DNA of 64,000 nt from an uncultured delta proteobacterium (lineage in GTDB: Bacteria > Desulfobacterota > BSN033 > UBA1163). The stretch covers positions 1 through 64,000 of the forward strand of contig CAWHBU010000005.1 in the NCBI GenBank assembly GCA_963827685.1. The letters are read 5' to 3'. The position numbers and the translations under genes were made by a program. The notes under the pieces were generated by a model. It ran no database searches. It was not told the origin of the DNA and worked only from the letters and a program-made list of their open reading frames with translations. This document shows positions 39,612-50,541 of the stretch, piece by piece (position 1 is the first letter of the stretch; each line of letters opens with the position of its first letter).

Positions 39612-39944
39612 ATGGCAGATGAGTTGAGTTTGCTTCATATCAACGATAAGAATTTTGCTTCTGAGGTGCTCCATTCCGATCTTCCAGTACTGGTCGATTT
39701 TTGGGCAACCTGGTGCGGCCCATGTCGTAGCATCAGTCCGATCGTTGAGGAGTTAGCGAAAGAGTTTGTGGGCAAGGTGAAAGTGACTAAGCTCAATGTG
39801 GATGAGAATCCTTCCACACCCGGCCAATATGGGGTAAGGGGAATTCCCACACTGATTCTTTTCAAAGACGGAAAGATTCTCGATCAGATTGTCGGTGCAG
39901 TGCCGAAGGCCCGTTTAAAGGCTATGATTGAAAAGGCTTTATGA
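39612..39944 (+). CDS. trxA: Thioredoxin
   Basis: WCGPC motif. Confidence 0.96.
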   Translation: MADELSLLHINDKNFASEVLHSDLPVLVDFWATWCGPCRSISPIVEELAKEFVGKVKVTKLNVDENPSTPGQYGVRGIPTLILFKDGKILDQIVGAVPKARLKAMIEKAL

Positions 39945-39989
39945 ATTCAGTCTTCGCTTGCCAGCTCATAGCTAATATTCATTCTTAAT

Positions 39990-40511
39990 ATGAAACGGTC
40001 ATTCCTTATAGGGCTCGTGATCTTCAGCATCTGCGCCGGAGGGATACTTCTTCTTTCCCATTGTTCCAAGGAAAAAACACAGCCCCCCCTAGGTTTGCCA
40101 CCGGATTTCACCCTCAAGACCTTTGACGGGCAGGAGATCACTCTTTCCCAGCTCAAGGGGAAAGTGGTTCTCCTCGACTTCTGGGCTACTTGGTGCGGAC
40201 CCTGTAAGGAATCCATCCCCCATTTAATTCAACTCTATAAAAATTATCGAAAAAATGGATTCGAGTTGGTCGGAATGAACGTGGATAGAGGCGATGCAGA
40301 GGTTGTCCGCCGCTACATCAAGTCCATGGATATCCCCTACCCCGTCGTGACCGCCCCGGAAGAGGTGGTCAGGAGTTACCGAGTGACGGGTATCCCAGCC
40401 ACTTTTCTCATCGATAAGGAGGGTAAAATTCGAGAAAGATTGGCCGGGTTTAATACTACCATTGCTCAGCAGTTGACCACCAAGGTAGCAGACCTCACCT
40501 CCGAAAAATAG
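39990..40511 (+). CDS. TlpA/ResA-family disulfide reductase
   Basis: N-terminal anchor, PDFTL, DFWATWCGPC. Confidence 0.92.
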   Translation: MKRSFLIGLVIFSICAGGILLLSHCSKEKTQPPLGLPPDFTLKTFDGQEITLSQLKGKVVLLDFWATWCGPCKESIPHLIQLYKNYRKNGFELVGMNVDRGDAEVVRRYIKSMDIPYPVVTAPEEVVRSYRVTGIPATFLIDKEGKIRERLAGFNTTIAQQLTTKVADLTSEK

Positions 40512-40689
40512 AACTTCAAAATCCCCTCCCTACAGACGGCATACAAAATTTGAAACGAATTTCTCATGATGGGTTATCACTCGCGAACCACAAAACAATA
40601 ACAAATCCCCTCCCCCTTGATGGGGGAGGGCACGCCTGCCTGCCGGTAGACAGGGGCGGGGGTGGACACGATCGATTACCCCCCACCTT

Positions 40690-40753
40690 CACCCTGTTAG
40701 ATAAGGCTTTTTTATGTAACTCTGCAAGAGAACACTGCGTATCTAACAGGGTG
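40690..40753. mobile_element. MITE-like element, second copy (CACCCTGTTAGATA IRs)
   Basis: Same IRs and flanks as 28941-29007, different interior. Confidence 0.7.
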
Positions 40754-40865
40754 AATCCTCCCCCGCAAGGGGGGAGGAAATTGATATTGCTTTCTACGTT
40801 ATCCGATATATTTTTTAGGAATTGGGATTTGTTTTGAAGTTTGAAGTTTGAAGTTTGGATTTGGA

Positions 40866-41465
40866 TTATTTCTTCTTCGACTCTTCCATGAAACGGAGGT
40901 ATTCTTCAATCACCTTTTGGGAATCCAACCCAAGAGATTGGGCATAACTTTTTAGAAAACCCTTGAGATAAACTAAGGCTGGAAGTTTTTCAAAGGCCTC
41001 CTCCTCAATCCACTCCAAGATTCTTATGTTAATCTTCATCTCCTTAGAGATAGCCTGAAGTTCAACCCCCATTCCCTCTCGAGCTTGCTTCAGTGTCTTC
41101 CCACGATAAAGCCCCTCTTCTACGTTGAACGAAAGGCCTGTAAAAGAAAGGAGGGGCTCTTTTTCTCTGGAAACCCCTCGGGCTTCAGATGGCTTCTCTG
41201 GTGGTTGTTCCTCAACCATTTGAAAATGGGACTGATTGTAACTTCTCCGCGATGCCTCATCCATCAGAACCCGATAGGCCTCTTCCACAGCCTCATCTAT
41301 CTCTTTCACCTCCTCTTCGGAAAAGAGAGAATAGACAGCTACTGAATCGGCATGAAAGGTCTCTTTGGCATGTTCATACGCCCTCTGGATTTCTTTGGCC
41401 GTAGCAGTTGGGCTGATTTCCAAGATCTCATAATAAGTCTGGTCTTTAATGCCCTTGATGCTCAT
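40866..41465 (-). CDS. J-like domain + RodZ-type HTH protein
   Basis: YYEILEISPTAT..EIQRAY; LKQARE...LP..VYLKGFLKSYA. Confidence 0.85.
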   Translation of the reverse strand: MSIKGIKDQTYYEILEISPTATAKEIQRAYEHAKETFHADSVAVYSLFSEEEVKEIDEAVEEAYRVLMDEASRRSYNQSHFQMVEEQPPEKPSEARGVSREKEPLLSFTGLSFNVEEGLYRGKTLKQAREGMGVELQAISKEMKINIRILEWIEEEAFEKLPALVYLKGFLKSYAQSLGLDSQKVIEEYLRFMEESKKK

Positions 41466-41470
41466 GCCCC

Positions 41471-42490
41471 TTAATGTCGAATTCCCATTGGATGGCTATT
41501 GGCTAATTTGGAGGCGATCTCCATGACGCATTGGGCAGCCCTGGACCTGGAGTTCTCCAAAACCAGAGGCCTCCTTCGCCTAATGGAATGACTCACCTCT
41601 TGATCGTAGACGACATAGCCCAAATAGTGGAGGTGGATGCCAAAATATTTCAGGCAGGCGCTTCGAATCGAAAAACCAATCTCAATATCCTTCTTTGACC
41701 GGACTTGGTTCAGAATCAGATTCGGGTGGAAGGCATCCGCTTCCTCGATAATCCTTTGGGCATCCCCCTCGTCAATACGCCTCACCGCTTTGATGAAGTC
41801 AAGAGGGTTTTGAATTCCCATCTCATTCTTTCGATCCATGGCGTCATCGATCAGGGCCTTCACAGACGAAGAAAAAACCGAATGCTTAAGCCTCCGATAG
41901 AAAGCGCTCTTGAGAAATCGATAAGTATTTTCAATGGAAGTGGGCTCAGGGGTAACCACCAGAATCCCTCCATCAGACATCAAGAAGAAATCCAAAACGC
42001 TCAGCGAGTTGCCCGCTCCTAAATCCACCAGAATGGTATCGCTATCCAGACTTTGAATGGAACGAATCAGTTTCTGCTTCTGAACGCTCTTGGCATCGAC
42101 GGCATTCAGGAGGTCCTGTGCGCCGGTCAAGAGTTGAAGGTTGGGAATGGCTGTTGGGATGAGAACCTCGCGAAGATGGGAAACCCTCTTTTTAATGAAG
42201 TCAGAAAGAGAGAGGGCGGGAGGGGAAATCCCAAGAAACGTGTGGAGGTTTGCTCCTCCCAAATCAGCATCGACGAGCATCACCCGGATACCCAGTTTGG
42301 AAAGACAGATACCCATGTTGGCGGCGATAAAACTCTTCCCGCTTCCTCCTTTGCCACCTCCGATGGTCCAGATCACTTTCCGATGGTCAGTCTCTTCCTG
42401 CCCCATTTTATAAAATCGTGACTCGTGTCCGTGAAAAGAATTATTTCCAGACTCCATCAATCTTTGTATAGCAATGACGGCATGCTCCAT
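41471..42490 (-). CDS. MinD/FlhG-like P-loop ATPase; start uncertain
   Basis: GGGKGGSGKS, DADLGGANL and PEPTSIEN motifs. Confidence 0.88.
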   Translation of the reverse strand: MEHAVIAIQRLMESGNNSFHGHESRFYKMGQEETDHRKVIWTIGGGKGGSGKSFIAANMGICLSKLGIRVMLVDADLGGANLHTFLGISPPALSLSDFIKKRVSHLREVLIPTAIPNLQLLTGAQDLLNAVDAKSVQKQKLIRSIQSLDSDTILVDLGAGNSLSVLDFFLMSDGGILVVTPEPTSIENTYRFLKSAFYRRLKHSVFSSSVKALIDDAMDRKNEMGIQNPLDFIKAVRRIDEGDAQRIIEEADAFHPNLILNQVRSKKDIEIGFSIRSACLKYFGIHLHYLGYVVYDQEVSHSIRRRRPLVLENSRSRAAQCVMEIASKLANSHPMGIRH

Positions 42491-43454
42491 TCACCACATC
42501 ATTTTGGGTCACTCGAAATCCTATCCGTTCAATCAACCTCCGGCCACAGCGAGGGCAGAAGGTATCTTCGCCTTCCTCACCGGGAATATTTCCACAATAG
42601 ACATATCGGAGACCTGCTTTGATTCCGATCTCCCTCGCTCGATGAAGCGCCGAGGCAGAGGTTCTCGGAAGATTCAGCATTTTATAGGTGGGATAGAAGG
42701 CTGAGATATGCCAGGGCACCTCTGGCCCCAAGGAGGCGATGAATCGGGCGATCTCCTCAAACTCCTGATCGGAGTCATTCAGGGTAGGGATGACAAGGGT
42801 GGTGATCTCCACCCAGATCCCCATCTGTCTCATCCGTTTCAGGTTCTCCAGAATCGGTTCCAATTTCGCCCCACAGACTTCTTTATAAAATTTCTCCCTG
42901 AAACTCTTCAAATCCACATTGGCTGCATCTAAATAGGGTTGGATCGTCTTGAGGGCTTCCTCCGTCATATAGCCGTTGGTGACAAAGATATTTTTAATTC
43001 CTTCCTGGCTGGCTTGTCGAGCGGTGTCGTAAGCATATTCGAAATAGATCGTCGGTTCGGTATAGGTGTACGAGATGGATCGGCATTGGTATTGTTTAGT
43101 TAACGAAATAATTTTAGAAGGGGAGATCTCCGACCCTTCAATCCGACCATCCCGATCCCTTGGCATCTGAGAGATCTCATGATTTTGACACTGGAGGCAT
43201 CGGAAATTGCATCCCACGGCGGCAATGGAGAAAGAACTCGACCCTGGAAAGAGATGAAAGAGCGGCTTCTTCTCGACGGGGTCCACATTCAGAGAGATCG
43301 CACGGCCGTAGACGAGGGTGTAAAGCTTCCCGTCCCGGTTCTCTCGGACTCCACAGAGTCCCCTTTTCGAAAGCGTGATGATGCACCGATGGTTGCAAAG
43401 GTAACATTGCACCTTCCCATCCTCTAAGGGATTGTAAAACATCGCTTCCTTCAT
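42441..43454 (-). CDS. amrS: AmmeMemoRadiSam system radical SAM enzyme
   Basis: DPVEKKPLFH, GCNFRCLQCQN, YTYTEPT. Confidence 0.9.
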   Translation of the reverse strand: MKEAMFYNPLEDGKVQCYLCNHRCIITLSKRGLCGVRENRDGKLYTLVYGRAISLNVDPVEKKPLFHLFPGSSSFSIAAVGCNFRCLQCQNHEISQMPRDRDGRIEGSEISPSKIISLTKQYQCRSISYTYTEPTIYFEYAYDTARQASQEGIKNIFVTNGYMTEEALKTIQPYLDAANVDLKSFREKFYKEVCGAKLEPILENLKRMRQMGIWVEITTLVIPTLNDSDQEFEEIARFIASLGPEVPWHISAFYPTYKMLNLPRTSASALHRAREIGIKAGLRYVYCGNIPGEEGEDTFCPRCGRRLIERIGFRVTQNDVVNGACRHCYTKIDGVWK

Positions 43455-43508
43455 GACATCTTTCCTATTTCCGGACAGCACCTATCCAGATTAAAATATA
43501 GGCAGACT

Positions 43509-44688
43509 CTAAAGATCGAAATGAGGAAGTTGTTTAAGAACATATTCTCGTATGTCCTGTGGTTTGGGGAGGTCCCAAAGGATTTTTCTGTTTTGGACAA
43601 ACGGGATGAGGAGTCTCTTTAAACCGACCACCACATGAGCATCGATCCGCATCCGGAGCGGATCGTCCTCCGTTCTTTTTCAAAGGAACCATCTTGTCTT
43701 GAAAACATTTCGAGCACCGGAGAACGCTTTTCGACCCCGACATCTTTCCCCTCTTGGCCAGAGGTTTTCCATCCACCTCGATGATGTCCATCGCAAAATC
43801 GATCACCCGCGCGTTGGTGATCGACGTCCCCACCCCATAGGCATCCACCACAGGATTGAGATCGAGGATTCGTTTCTCATCCATTCCGCCGCTGACATAG
43901 ATCTGAACGTGTCCGAATCCCCTTAGGTTTAATTCCCAGCGAATCTCCTCGATGATCTTCTGAAAGTCTCCCCGCCTCGAGCTGGGGGTGTCAAGCCTAA
44001 TCCCGAAAAGCTTCTTTCCGAGCGCTTCTGCTACTCTGATGGCTTCTATTTTTTCATCATTGAAAGTGTCGATGAGGGAAACCCGTTTCACTTTCGGGTG
44101 GATGACTTCATCAAAAGCCCGGGTGGCCTCCACCGTATCCCCCATGATCAGGATTAAGGCATGGGGCATGGTCCCAGCTGGTTCCTCGCCAATGAACTCA
44201 GCATTCTTCACGACCGATACGCCATCACAGCCTCCGATAAAGGCATTTCGCTCCACCATGGGGGCCACCACAGGATGAATCCGCCTTGCGCCAAAACTGA
44301 TCACCCTTCGGTCACCGGCTGCCTTTTTGCACCGAGCAGCCTTTGTGGCGACACCTGAGGCCTGGCACATCAGCCCTAGAAGGGAAGTTTCATAGAGGCC
44401 GAAGTCCGTGTATCTTCCTTCAATCTCCATGACAGGCTCAAAAGCCCGAAAGATCGTCCCTTCTTTCATTGCTCTGACACTGACTTTCAGGTCTTTCAGA
44501 AGCTCAGCCGCTTCTTCGATTCCAGCGAAAACTCCCCACCCATAATCCTCCGGGAACCGTTTGGCAATGAATTCAGCTTTCACCCATTTATCAATCTTTT
44601 TGGCCTTGAGGACCTGCATCGTCCTCACAAAATAAACATCCGTTAACTTCCCTTCCTTTATTTCCTTTGGGTCTGCGGTATGAAACAT
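43509..44688 (-). CDS. pncB: Nicotinate phosphoribosyltransferase; apparent frameshift near 43615
   Basis: TDVYF, SFGARR, GTMPH, RLDT and SGG motifs; the shifted frame gives a plausible C-terminus RLLIPFVQ...LPKPQDIREYVLKQL. Confidence 0.88.
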
Positions 44689-44888
44689 CCGTTTCTCTCC
44701 AGCCTCTCACCCTCCCCCTCTCCCCACCGGGGAGAGGGGGAGGGTGAGAGGAAATTTCAAAAATATTTGATTAGAATTTCTCTTTATATAACAAAAATTT
44801 ACCACCCCTGTCTATAAAAATATTTGCAGAAAAATCTCTATAAGATCAAAAAGAGCATCAGATGAGGAATCAAAAATCCTACCGCTTT

Positions 44889-45794
44889 TCACAATTGCTC
44901 CAAAAGATATCCTTTCTCTTTGAGGATCTCGACGATCCCTTGGCTGCCCACAAGATGGCCTGCCCCCACAATAACAAAATAGGTCTCCTTGGCCTTCAAG
45001 AAATCTTCTATTTTCGAGACCATCTTTCTGTTTCTTTCGTATATAAGTCTTTCATAGATTGGAGCTAATCTTTTATCCTCTGCAAGACTTCTTGTGAGGG
45101 TTGACTCCACGCCCTGCGTATCTCCCGATGTCCATGCCTCTACCAATTTATCCAATTCATGCTTAAGCACATCGATATCCTTTAACGTATACAGCAAGAG
45201 TAGCTCCTGATCCTTCTCGGAAAGTTGAGAAAAGAGACGGAGCTGGTAATCAAAACTCTCAAGCTCCAATATCCTTTTTTTCTCCTTGGCCTTAGAAAGA
45301 AAATATTTGTCTATACCATAGTTTGGGTCAAACCCCAATTTGAGAGTTTCTAAGGACGCTAATGAGAGTGCCAGAAACCAGGGTTTCTGTTTTTTGACGA
45401 CCTCGAGAGGAAAACCTAAGCTCTCCAATTCTTTCTTCAACAGTTCAAAGGTCTCTGCTAAAACATGTTTTTCCAATAGGTCATCTCCCTGATAGAAAGC
45501 ACTTCCAATCAATTCTTGAATATCCCCCTTCTTGATATCATTAATATTCGCCTCCACCACCAGAATATCAGATTGCCCAAAAGCCCTTTCGATCTTTTCA
45601 TCAAGAGGATACATCTCCTTCTTTAAGTAATGTATCGAACCTAATATATAGACCGCATTCGTTTTCGATTGAACCCTCCACAAGAAGCTCTTCTTAGATT
45701 GAGAAAGAGCATCCTGAACAGAAATGACAAGAGATATAAAAATAAGGCTAAGACATATTGGCAATAATCTCGAAGTGTTATTCTTCATTTTCAT
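44889..45794 (-). CDS. TraB/GumN family protein
   Basis: FLWRV...YILGSIH, GID, ERNRKM and VGAGHL motifs. Confidence 0.9.
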   Translation of the reverse strand: MKMKNNTSRLLPICLSLIFISLVISVQDALSQSKKSFLWRVQSKTNAVYILGSIHYLKKEMYPLDEKIERAFGQSDILVVEANINDIKKGDIQELIGSAFYQGDDLLEKHVLAETFELLKKELESLGFPLEVVKKQKPWFLALSLASLETLKLGFDPNYGIDKYFLSKAKEKKRILELESFDYQLRLFSQLSEKDQELLLLYTLKDIDVLKHELDKLVEAWTSGDTQGVESTLTRSLAEDKRLAPIYERLIYERNRKMVSKIEDFLKAKETYFVIVGAGHLVGSQGIVEILKEKGYLLEQL

Positions 45795-46168
45795 CTTCCT
45801 TTCGATTGTGTATAGGGTTCCTGTGGGCATAGATTTTTCACATAGCCTATGGCGGCTGGACCAAATTTCTTACATCGATACCTTTTCTTCTTCAATTTCC
45901 GAGGTCTTACTTTTCTAGAACTAAACCGTCTATACCCGTTTCACTCCGGGCCCAAGCCACCTTTCATTCACGAAGCGACAGCCGAAACCACTTCGACACC
46001 CAGCCCCAGAAGCCCATGATCCGATTTGACTTCACAAGGGTCTAATACTGAGGGATCGCCACCATCAAAAGCGAGTAGATCCTTCTTGAGCGCCTTCAAA
46101 ATGATGACTGTTTTTCAATCTAACTGGTCAATTTTATTCCATTTATACATTGTCACGATAAAGAATTC

Positions 46169-46185
46169 TTGGCACTTTAATTGCA
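46169..46185 (+). promoter_or_regulatory. Sigma54 promoter
   Basis: TTGGCACtttaaTTGCA. Confidence 0.7.
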
Positions 46186-46295
46186 CAATTCTTCCATTAT
46201 TTCTAATTTTCCATTTATCCTAAGATTCATAAAAACAAAATAATGGCTTTTTTTCAATAGGTTCCAATAATTTTTTTTGAAGAACCCTAAAAAAA

Positions 46296-46943
46296 ATGAT
46301 TATTAAAAAAATTTCAATTTTGTCAACTTTTGTCATATTTGTAATGGTCATCCAGGTAGGAGCCAATGATGTTAAATCAGTAAAATACGCCGCTAATCGA
46401 GAAATGATAATAAAAATGGATGAAAATAAAGGTGTCATACAGAAAAGGATGGACCCTGCAAAGGAACCCGTTAAGTCATTAAAAAAACTCAAGGCCAGAC
46501 TTCAATCTACTATTTCACATGATTACAGGGCAAGACTGGACAGTACCAAGCTTGATGTAAACTTCTTAAAGCCTCCGGAAGAAGAAAAGCGAATCCGATT
46601 GATAGATTCCCTGCATAAATTGATTTGTTCCTATGAGTTTTTTCAAGACGCCTGGAAAGATAGATTCTTAAGCTCTCGGGAAATCAACAAAATCAAATCT
46701 TCAAATTCAGATTTTGGTCAATCCATTTCAATGCGGTATCTAAATGGGGATACATACTTTGGAGAGGGGAAGATATTACCCACATTTAAACTTCTCCAAT
46801 CTAAGAGGGACGAAACTTTCAAAGAAATATTTATGGGGGTCCGTCTTTCTTTTGACCCAAAAAGTACACATAGACACATCTTTGTAGAGATGAACATATC
46901 CCCTTCTTCTGAGAAGGGACCGGGGGTTATTATTCCATTTTGA
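46296..46943 (+). CDS. Exported hypothetical protein
   Basis: 215-aa ORF with a signal-like N-terminus, ending in Phe. Confidence 0.65.
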   Translation: MIIKKISILSTFVIFVMVIQVGANDVKSVKYAANREMIIKMDENKGVIQKRMDPAKEPVKSLKKLKARLQSTISHDYRARLDSTKLDVNFLKPPEEEKRIRLIDSLHKLICSYEFFQDAWKDRFLSSREINKIKSSNSDFGQSISMRYLNGDTYFGEGKILPTFKLLQSKRDETFKEIFMGVRLSFDPKSTHRHIFVEMNISPSSEKGPGVIIPF

Positions 46944-46963
46944 AAAACGTCGCGGGGTAAAAG

Positions 46964-47377
46964 ATGGATAAGGAATATTTTAATATCCTTATTATGGGGC
47001 ATACGACCTTCGGGATCAGACATCTGAGAATAAAAAAAGAACGTCTTAAAATTGTTGTTTATCTTCTCGCCTTTCTCATCCTCTCTATAACATTCTTCTT
47101 TTGTGATTACATCCAGGTCAGGAAAAAAACCTATCTCTTGAATCAATTGCGTCAGGAAGCGCAGATTCAGAACTCCCACATCCAACTATTTTCTGCAAAG
47201 ATCGGGGAACTGGAGAAAAAACTCACCAAATTGAAGGGTTTTGACAAGAGGATCCGCACCATCGCCAACCTGGAAGGAGGCGAGAAGACAACCTCCTTTA
47301 TAGCCATGGGCGGATCTCCGTCTTCTGCGATTCAAAGGAAGCTGGAGAATGAGGAGAATGAGAAAGAGGAGAAATGA
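46964..47377 (+). CDS. TM + coiled-coil protein resembling an M23 peptidase N-terminus without the catalytic domain
   Basis: FDKRIRTIANLE...AMGG; no HxxxD or HxH motif. Confidence 0.6.
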   Translation: MDKEYFNILIMGHTTFGIRHLRIKKERLKIVVYLLAFLILSITFFFCDYIQVRKKTYLLNQLRQEAQIQNSHIQLFSAKIGELEKKLTKLKGFDKRIRTIANLEGGEKTTSFIAMGGSPSSAIQRKLENEENEKEEK

Positions 47378-47449
47378 AAAAGTGAAGTCACGAAGCCGCC
47401 AACACCAAGTTATGCGAAGTCGCGGGCGTTCTTTTTGTTGTGATATTTC

Positions 47450-47920
47450 TTATAGATCAACTTTTCTATCCAGATACTCAGAATAATCTCTGACCACGGG
47501 TGAGTATCCCTTTTCCATTAATTTCGAAGAGATCAAAAAATCTGCTGTCGATCTATTACAGGCAGTGGGAATGTTATAGAGCACTGATATTCTTAAAAGG
47601 GCCTTTACGTCTACATCATGCGGATGAGGTTGCATCGGATCCCAAAAGAATATGAGAACATCGATATTCCCGTCCGCAATCATCGCACCGAGTTGCTGAT
47701 CTCCACCAAACGGTCCGGATTTTAGTTTAATGATATTATGTTTTAGGGGATGTTCTTGATCTATTTTTTCCGCTAAAGCCTCTTCCACTAACCTCCCCGT
47801 TGTTCCTGTGCATATCAATTGATGGTTTAACAGCAGCTCCCAGTTCCAATTCACCCATTCCACCAAGTCCTTTTTCAAGTTGTCGTGTGCGACCAGTGCA
47901 ATACGTTTTGCGATTTCCAT
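47450..47920 (-). CDS. mgsA: Methylglyoxal synthase
   Basis: IALVAHD, TGTTG, SGP.GGDQQ and PHDVDVKALLR motifs. Confidence 0.96.
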   Translation of the reverse strand: MEIAKRIALVAHDNLKKDLVEWVNWNWELLLNHQLICTGTTGRLVEEALAEKIDQEHPLKHNIIKLKSGPFGGDQQLGAMIADGNIDVLIFFWDPMQPHPHDVDVKALLRISVLYNIPTACNRSTADFLISSKLMEKGYSPVVRDYSEYLDRKVDL

Positions 47921-48130
47921 GCTACCTCCGTTTTTGAGTGAAAGATACCGCTTTCCACCTCAGTAGATGCTCAAAGTCCGCTTCATAATTAGCCGATTGG
48001 CACGAGTTATTCAATGCCCACCATTTCGCCCCAATCGTTCATTTCAGAACGGTTGCGATGAATTTGGGGTTAGCCTTGCATTGGTGCACACAGATAAAAA
48101 TCAGGTGAAAAGAAGCTGAGCGTAGCGAAC

Positions 48131-48712
48131 CTAATCTGCCGGCCAAGGCTTACGTTCCCGATAAAGGTTAAGTCGCTGTTGGAGCTCTGACGTTCCTGCC
48201 AGTTTGGAAGACTCCCAAGCCTTCTCCTGCCATTTCACTGCGTTGTCAAAGTCACCCACTCTCGCATAAGCGGCCGCAAGAGTGTCCAAGTATTCTGCGT
48301 TTCTCCAATCCGACAGCTCACACGCTTTGAGTGCAAGTTCCACAGCCCTCCTCCCGTTACGAAAACCAGGTGTCTTAGCCGTTGCCAATAGCCATGCAAG
48401 GTTATTGTAAGCCTCCGCATCCAGGGGGTTTATCGCAATGGCTTTATTGAAGTCTGAGATCGCCTGATTATACTGCCCCCTGAGCCTGTAGACAATTCCT
48501 CGATTGTTGTAAGCCCTATTATACCTTGGGTTTATCTCAATGGCTTGATTGAAATCTGAGATCGCCTGATCGTATTGCCCTTTTTCCCCAAAGGCAATCC
48601 CCCGATTGTTATAGAACTTAGCATCCCTCGACTCATCCTGTTTTGGCTGAGTCGAGGCACAGGAGAATAAGAAGAAAAAAACGATTGGCAGGATGATCCA
48701 GATTGACTTCAT
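48131..48712 (-). CDS. TPR lipoprotein
   Basis: LFSC lipobox; YNNRG TPRs; NNLAWLLAT...LDTLAAAYA. Confidence 0.85.
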   Translation of the reverse strand: MKSIWIILPIVFFFLFSCASTQPKQDESRDAKFYNNRGIAFGEKGQYDQAISDFNQAIEINPRYNRAYNNRGIVYRLRGQYNQAISDFNKAIAINPLDAEAYNNLAWLLATAKTPGFRNGRRAVELALKACELSDWRNAEYLDTLAAAYARVGDFDNAVKWQEKAWESSKLAGTSELQQRLNLYRERKPWPAD

Positions 48713-48925
48713 CACACCATTTTTCATCGTTCCACTCAGAAAAGGCGATCCAACGAGGGGTTCGCTTCTTGAGACAGCGGCTATGGGTAAACTCCTTATC
48801 AAGAAATGTCACCTATGCCAATCAAACAACTCTATTTCTTTAACACATAAAGTGAACCAGTTCAAAGTCAATCACTACGGAGGAATCGACATTTGAAATC
48901 CCCAATATGAACCCATCCGCAATTT

Positions 48926-48997
48926 CTATTCCCCTCCATCCTGAAGCATCTTCACTGCCTTATTACAAATCAACATGTGAGCAATATTGGCCGGCAT
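48926..48997 (-). repeat. Copy 1 of an ~80-bp direct repeat encoding a 23-aa ORF
   Basis: MPANIAHMLICNKAVKMLQDGGE*, GAGGA upstream. Confidence 0.7.
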
Positions 48998-49363
48998 TAC
49001 TGGTTTCCTCTCTCTTTAAATCTAAGAAAAAATACGGTCTCATTTTATTGGAAGCATATAGTGGACGGACCTCCGTCTTCTGTGATTCAGGGGAAATTAA
49101 AAGAAGAGCCTAAAGGAAGTGAATGATTAAGAAGGGTAATATGAACCACTCCCCAAATTACCGGATAAAAGATTTTGTCCTTCAATCAGTTTATCAAATT
49201 TCTCATTGAAGTCTTCAAGAATTATCTTAAACTGGTTCCCTTTCATCTTTCCCCGCTCAGATAATTTAATTAAAATAAACAGGACTTGAAATAACAGACA
49301 TTGGCAGGTTAACTGTTTCACCTTGGTCTTTCCCCAGAAAGGATAGGGGATGTTCCGATCAAC

Positions 49364-50452
49364 TTATCCATTGAGAATGACCTCCCTGATCGCATCACCA
49401 ACCTCATGGGTTTTATTTGTTCCCCCCCTATCAGGGGTCTTAACCTTCCCCAAGGCTAAGGTTTTCATGACAGCCCTTTGTATATCTAAAGCGGCCTGCT
49501 CTTCTCCCAGATGATCCAGCATCATCCGAATGGATTCAATCGATGCAATTGGATTGACAACTGCCTTTCCGACATACTTAGGGGCCGACCCATGAATTGG
49601 TTCGAACATAGATGGGTAAATTTTTTCTGGATTGATGTTCCCACCGGCTGCAAATCCCATCCCCCCCTGGAGCATGGATCCGAGATCCGTGATGATGTCT
49701 CCGAAGAGATTAGAGGCCACTATCACATCGAAGTATCCGGGATTCTTTACAAACCACATGGTCAAAGCATCTACCATTGCCATATCGGTCTTTATATCCG
49801 GGTATTCTTTTGCCACTTTTTGATACACTGAGTCCCAAAAAACCATAGAATAATTGAGTGCATTGGATTTGGTACAGTTGGTTACCATCCCAACAGGGGT
49901 TTTTTCGCCAAACTTTTTCCGCTTTCGGGCAAGCTCAAAAGCGTAGCGAATCGCTCTTCCACACCCTTTTTGAGTAAAAATACTTGTCTGAATAGCAAAT
50001 GCATCGGGACTTCCCGGTTTGAAAAAACCCCCTGCAGCGGAATATTCTCCTTCGGTATTTTCTCGGATGACCACCATATCGATAGTTTCAGATGTTGCAG
50101 TTTTCACCGGCGATTCAACTCCAGAATAAAGTTTAATTGGTCGTAAATTGATGTATTGATCAAACCCCTTGCGAATTGTGAGAAGTAGGGTCAGGGAGAT
50201 GTGGTCAGGAACTTTATTGGCATCCCCAATACATCCTAAAAAAATGGCATCAAATTCTTGCAGTATCTCCAGAGCATTGTGGGGCATCATTATTCCATTA
50301 CTTAAATAATAATCACACCCCCAGTTAAAATTTTCTGTCTCGACATTGAAATTGTGTTTATCCGCAACGGCCCTTAGAATCTTGGTAGCTTCTAACGCTA
50401 CCTCATTTCCAACCCCATCTCCTGGTATGAATGCAATTCGATAAGAAGACAC
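49364..50452 (-). CDS. Tartrate/D-malate dehydrogenase-like beta-decarboxylating dehydrogenase
   Basis: PGDGVG, RENTEGEYS, TKSN, SNLFGDI and FEPIHGSAP motifs; next to a DASS transporter. Confidence 0.88.
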   Translation of the reverse strand: MSSYRIAFIPGDGVGNEVALEATKILRAVADKHNFNVETENFNWGCDYYLSNGIMMPHNALEILQEFDAIFLGCIGDANKVPDHISLTLLLTIRKGFDQYINLRPIKLYSGVESPVKTATSETIDMVVIRENTEGEYSAAGGFFKPGSPDAFAIQTSIFTQKGCGRAIRYAFELARKRKKFGEKTPVGMVTNCTKSNALNYSMVFWDSVYQKVAKEYPDIKTDMAMVDALTMWFVKNPGYFDVIVASNLFGDIITDLGSMLQGGMGFAAGGNINPEKIYPSMFEPIHGSAPKYVGKAVVNPIASIESIRMMLDHLGEEQAALDIQRAVMKTLALGKVKTPDRGGTNKTHEVGDAIREVILNG

Positions 50453-50541
50453 GTGATCTCCTTTATATGTATTACTCGTACCCCTCCCTGTTCTTCACCG
50501 TCATTTTGCTATGAAAAGAGAAGATTACTGAGAGAAAGGGT

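Noticed and set aside
47392-47420. dif site or attC (ACTTCGCATAA on the minus strand)
   Set aside because: Only an XerC-like arm with no TTATGTTAAAT XerD arm; too short for attC.
49127-49321. 64-aa ORF as an intact gene
   Set aside because: Only a short stretch (MKGNQFKIILEDFNEKFDKLIEG) looks protein-like; probably a truncated remnant, and too weak to call.
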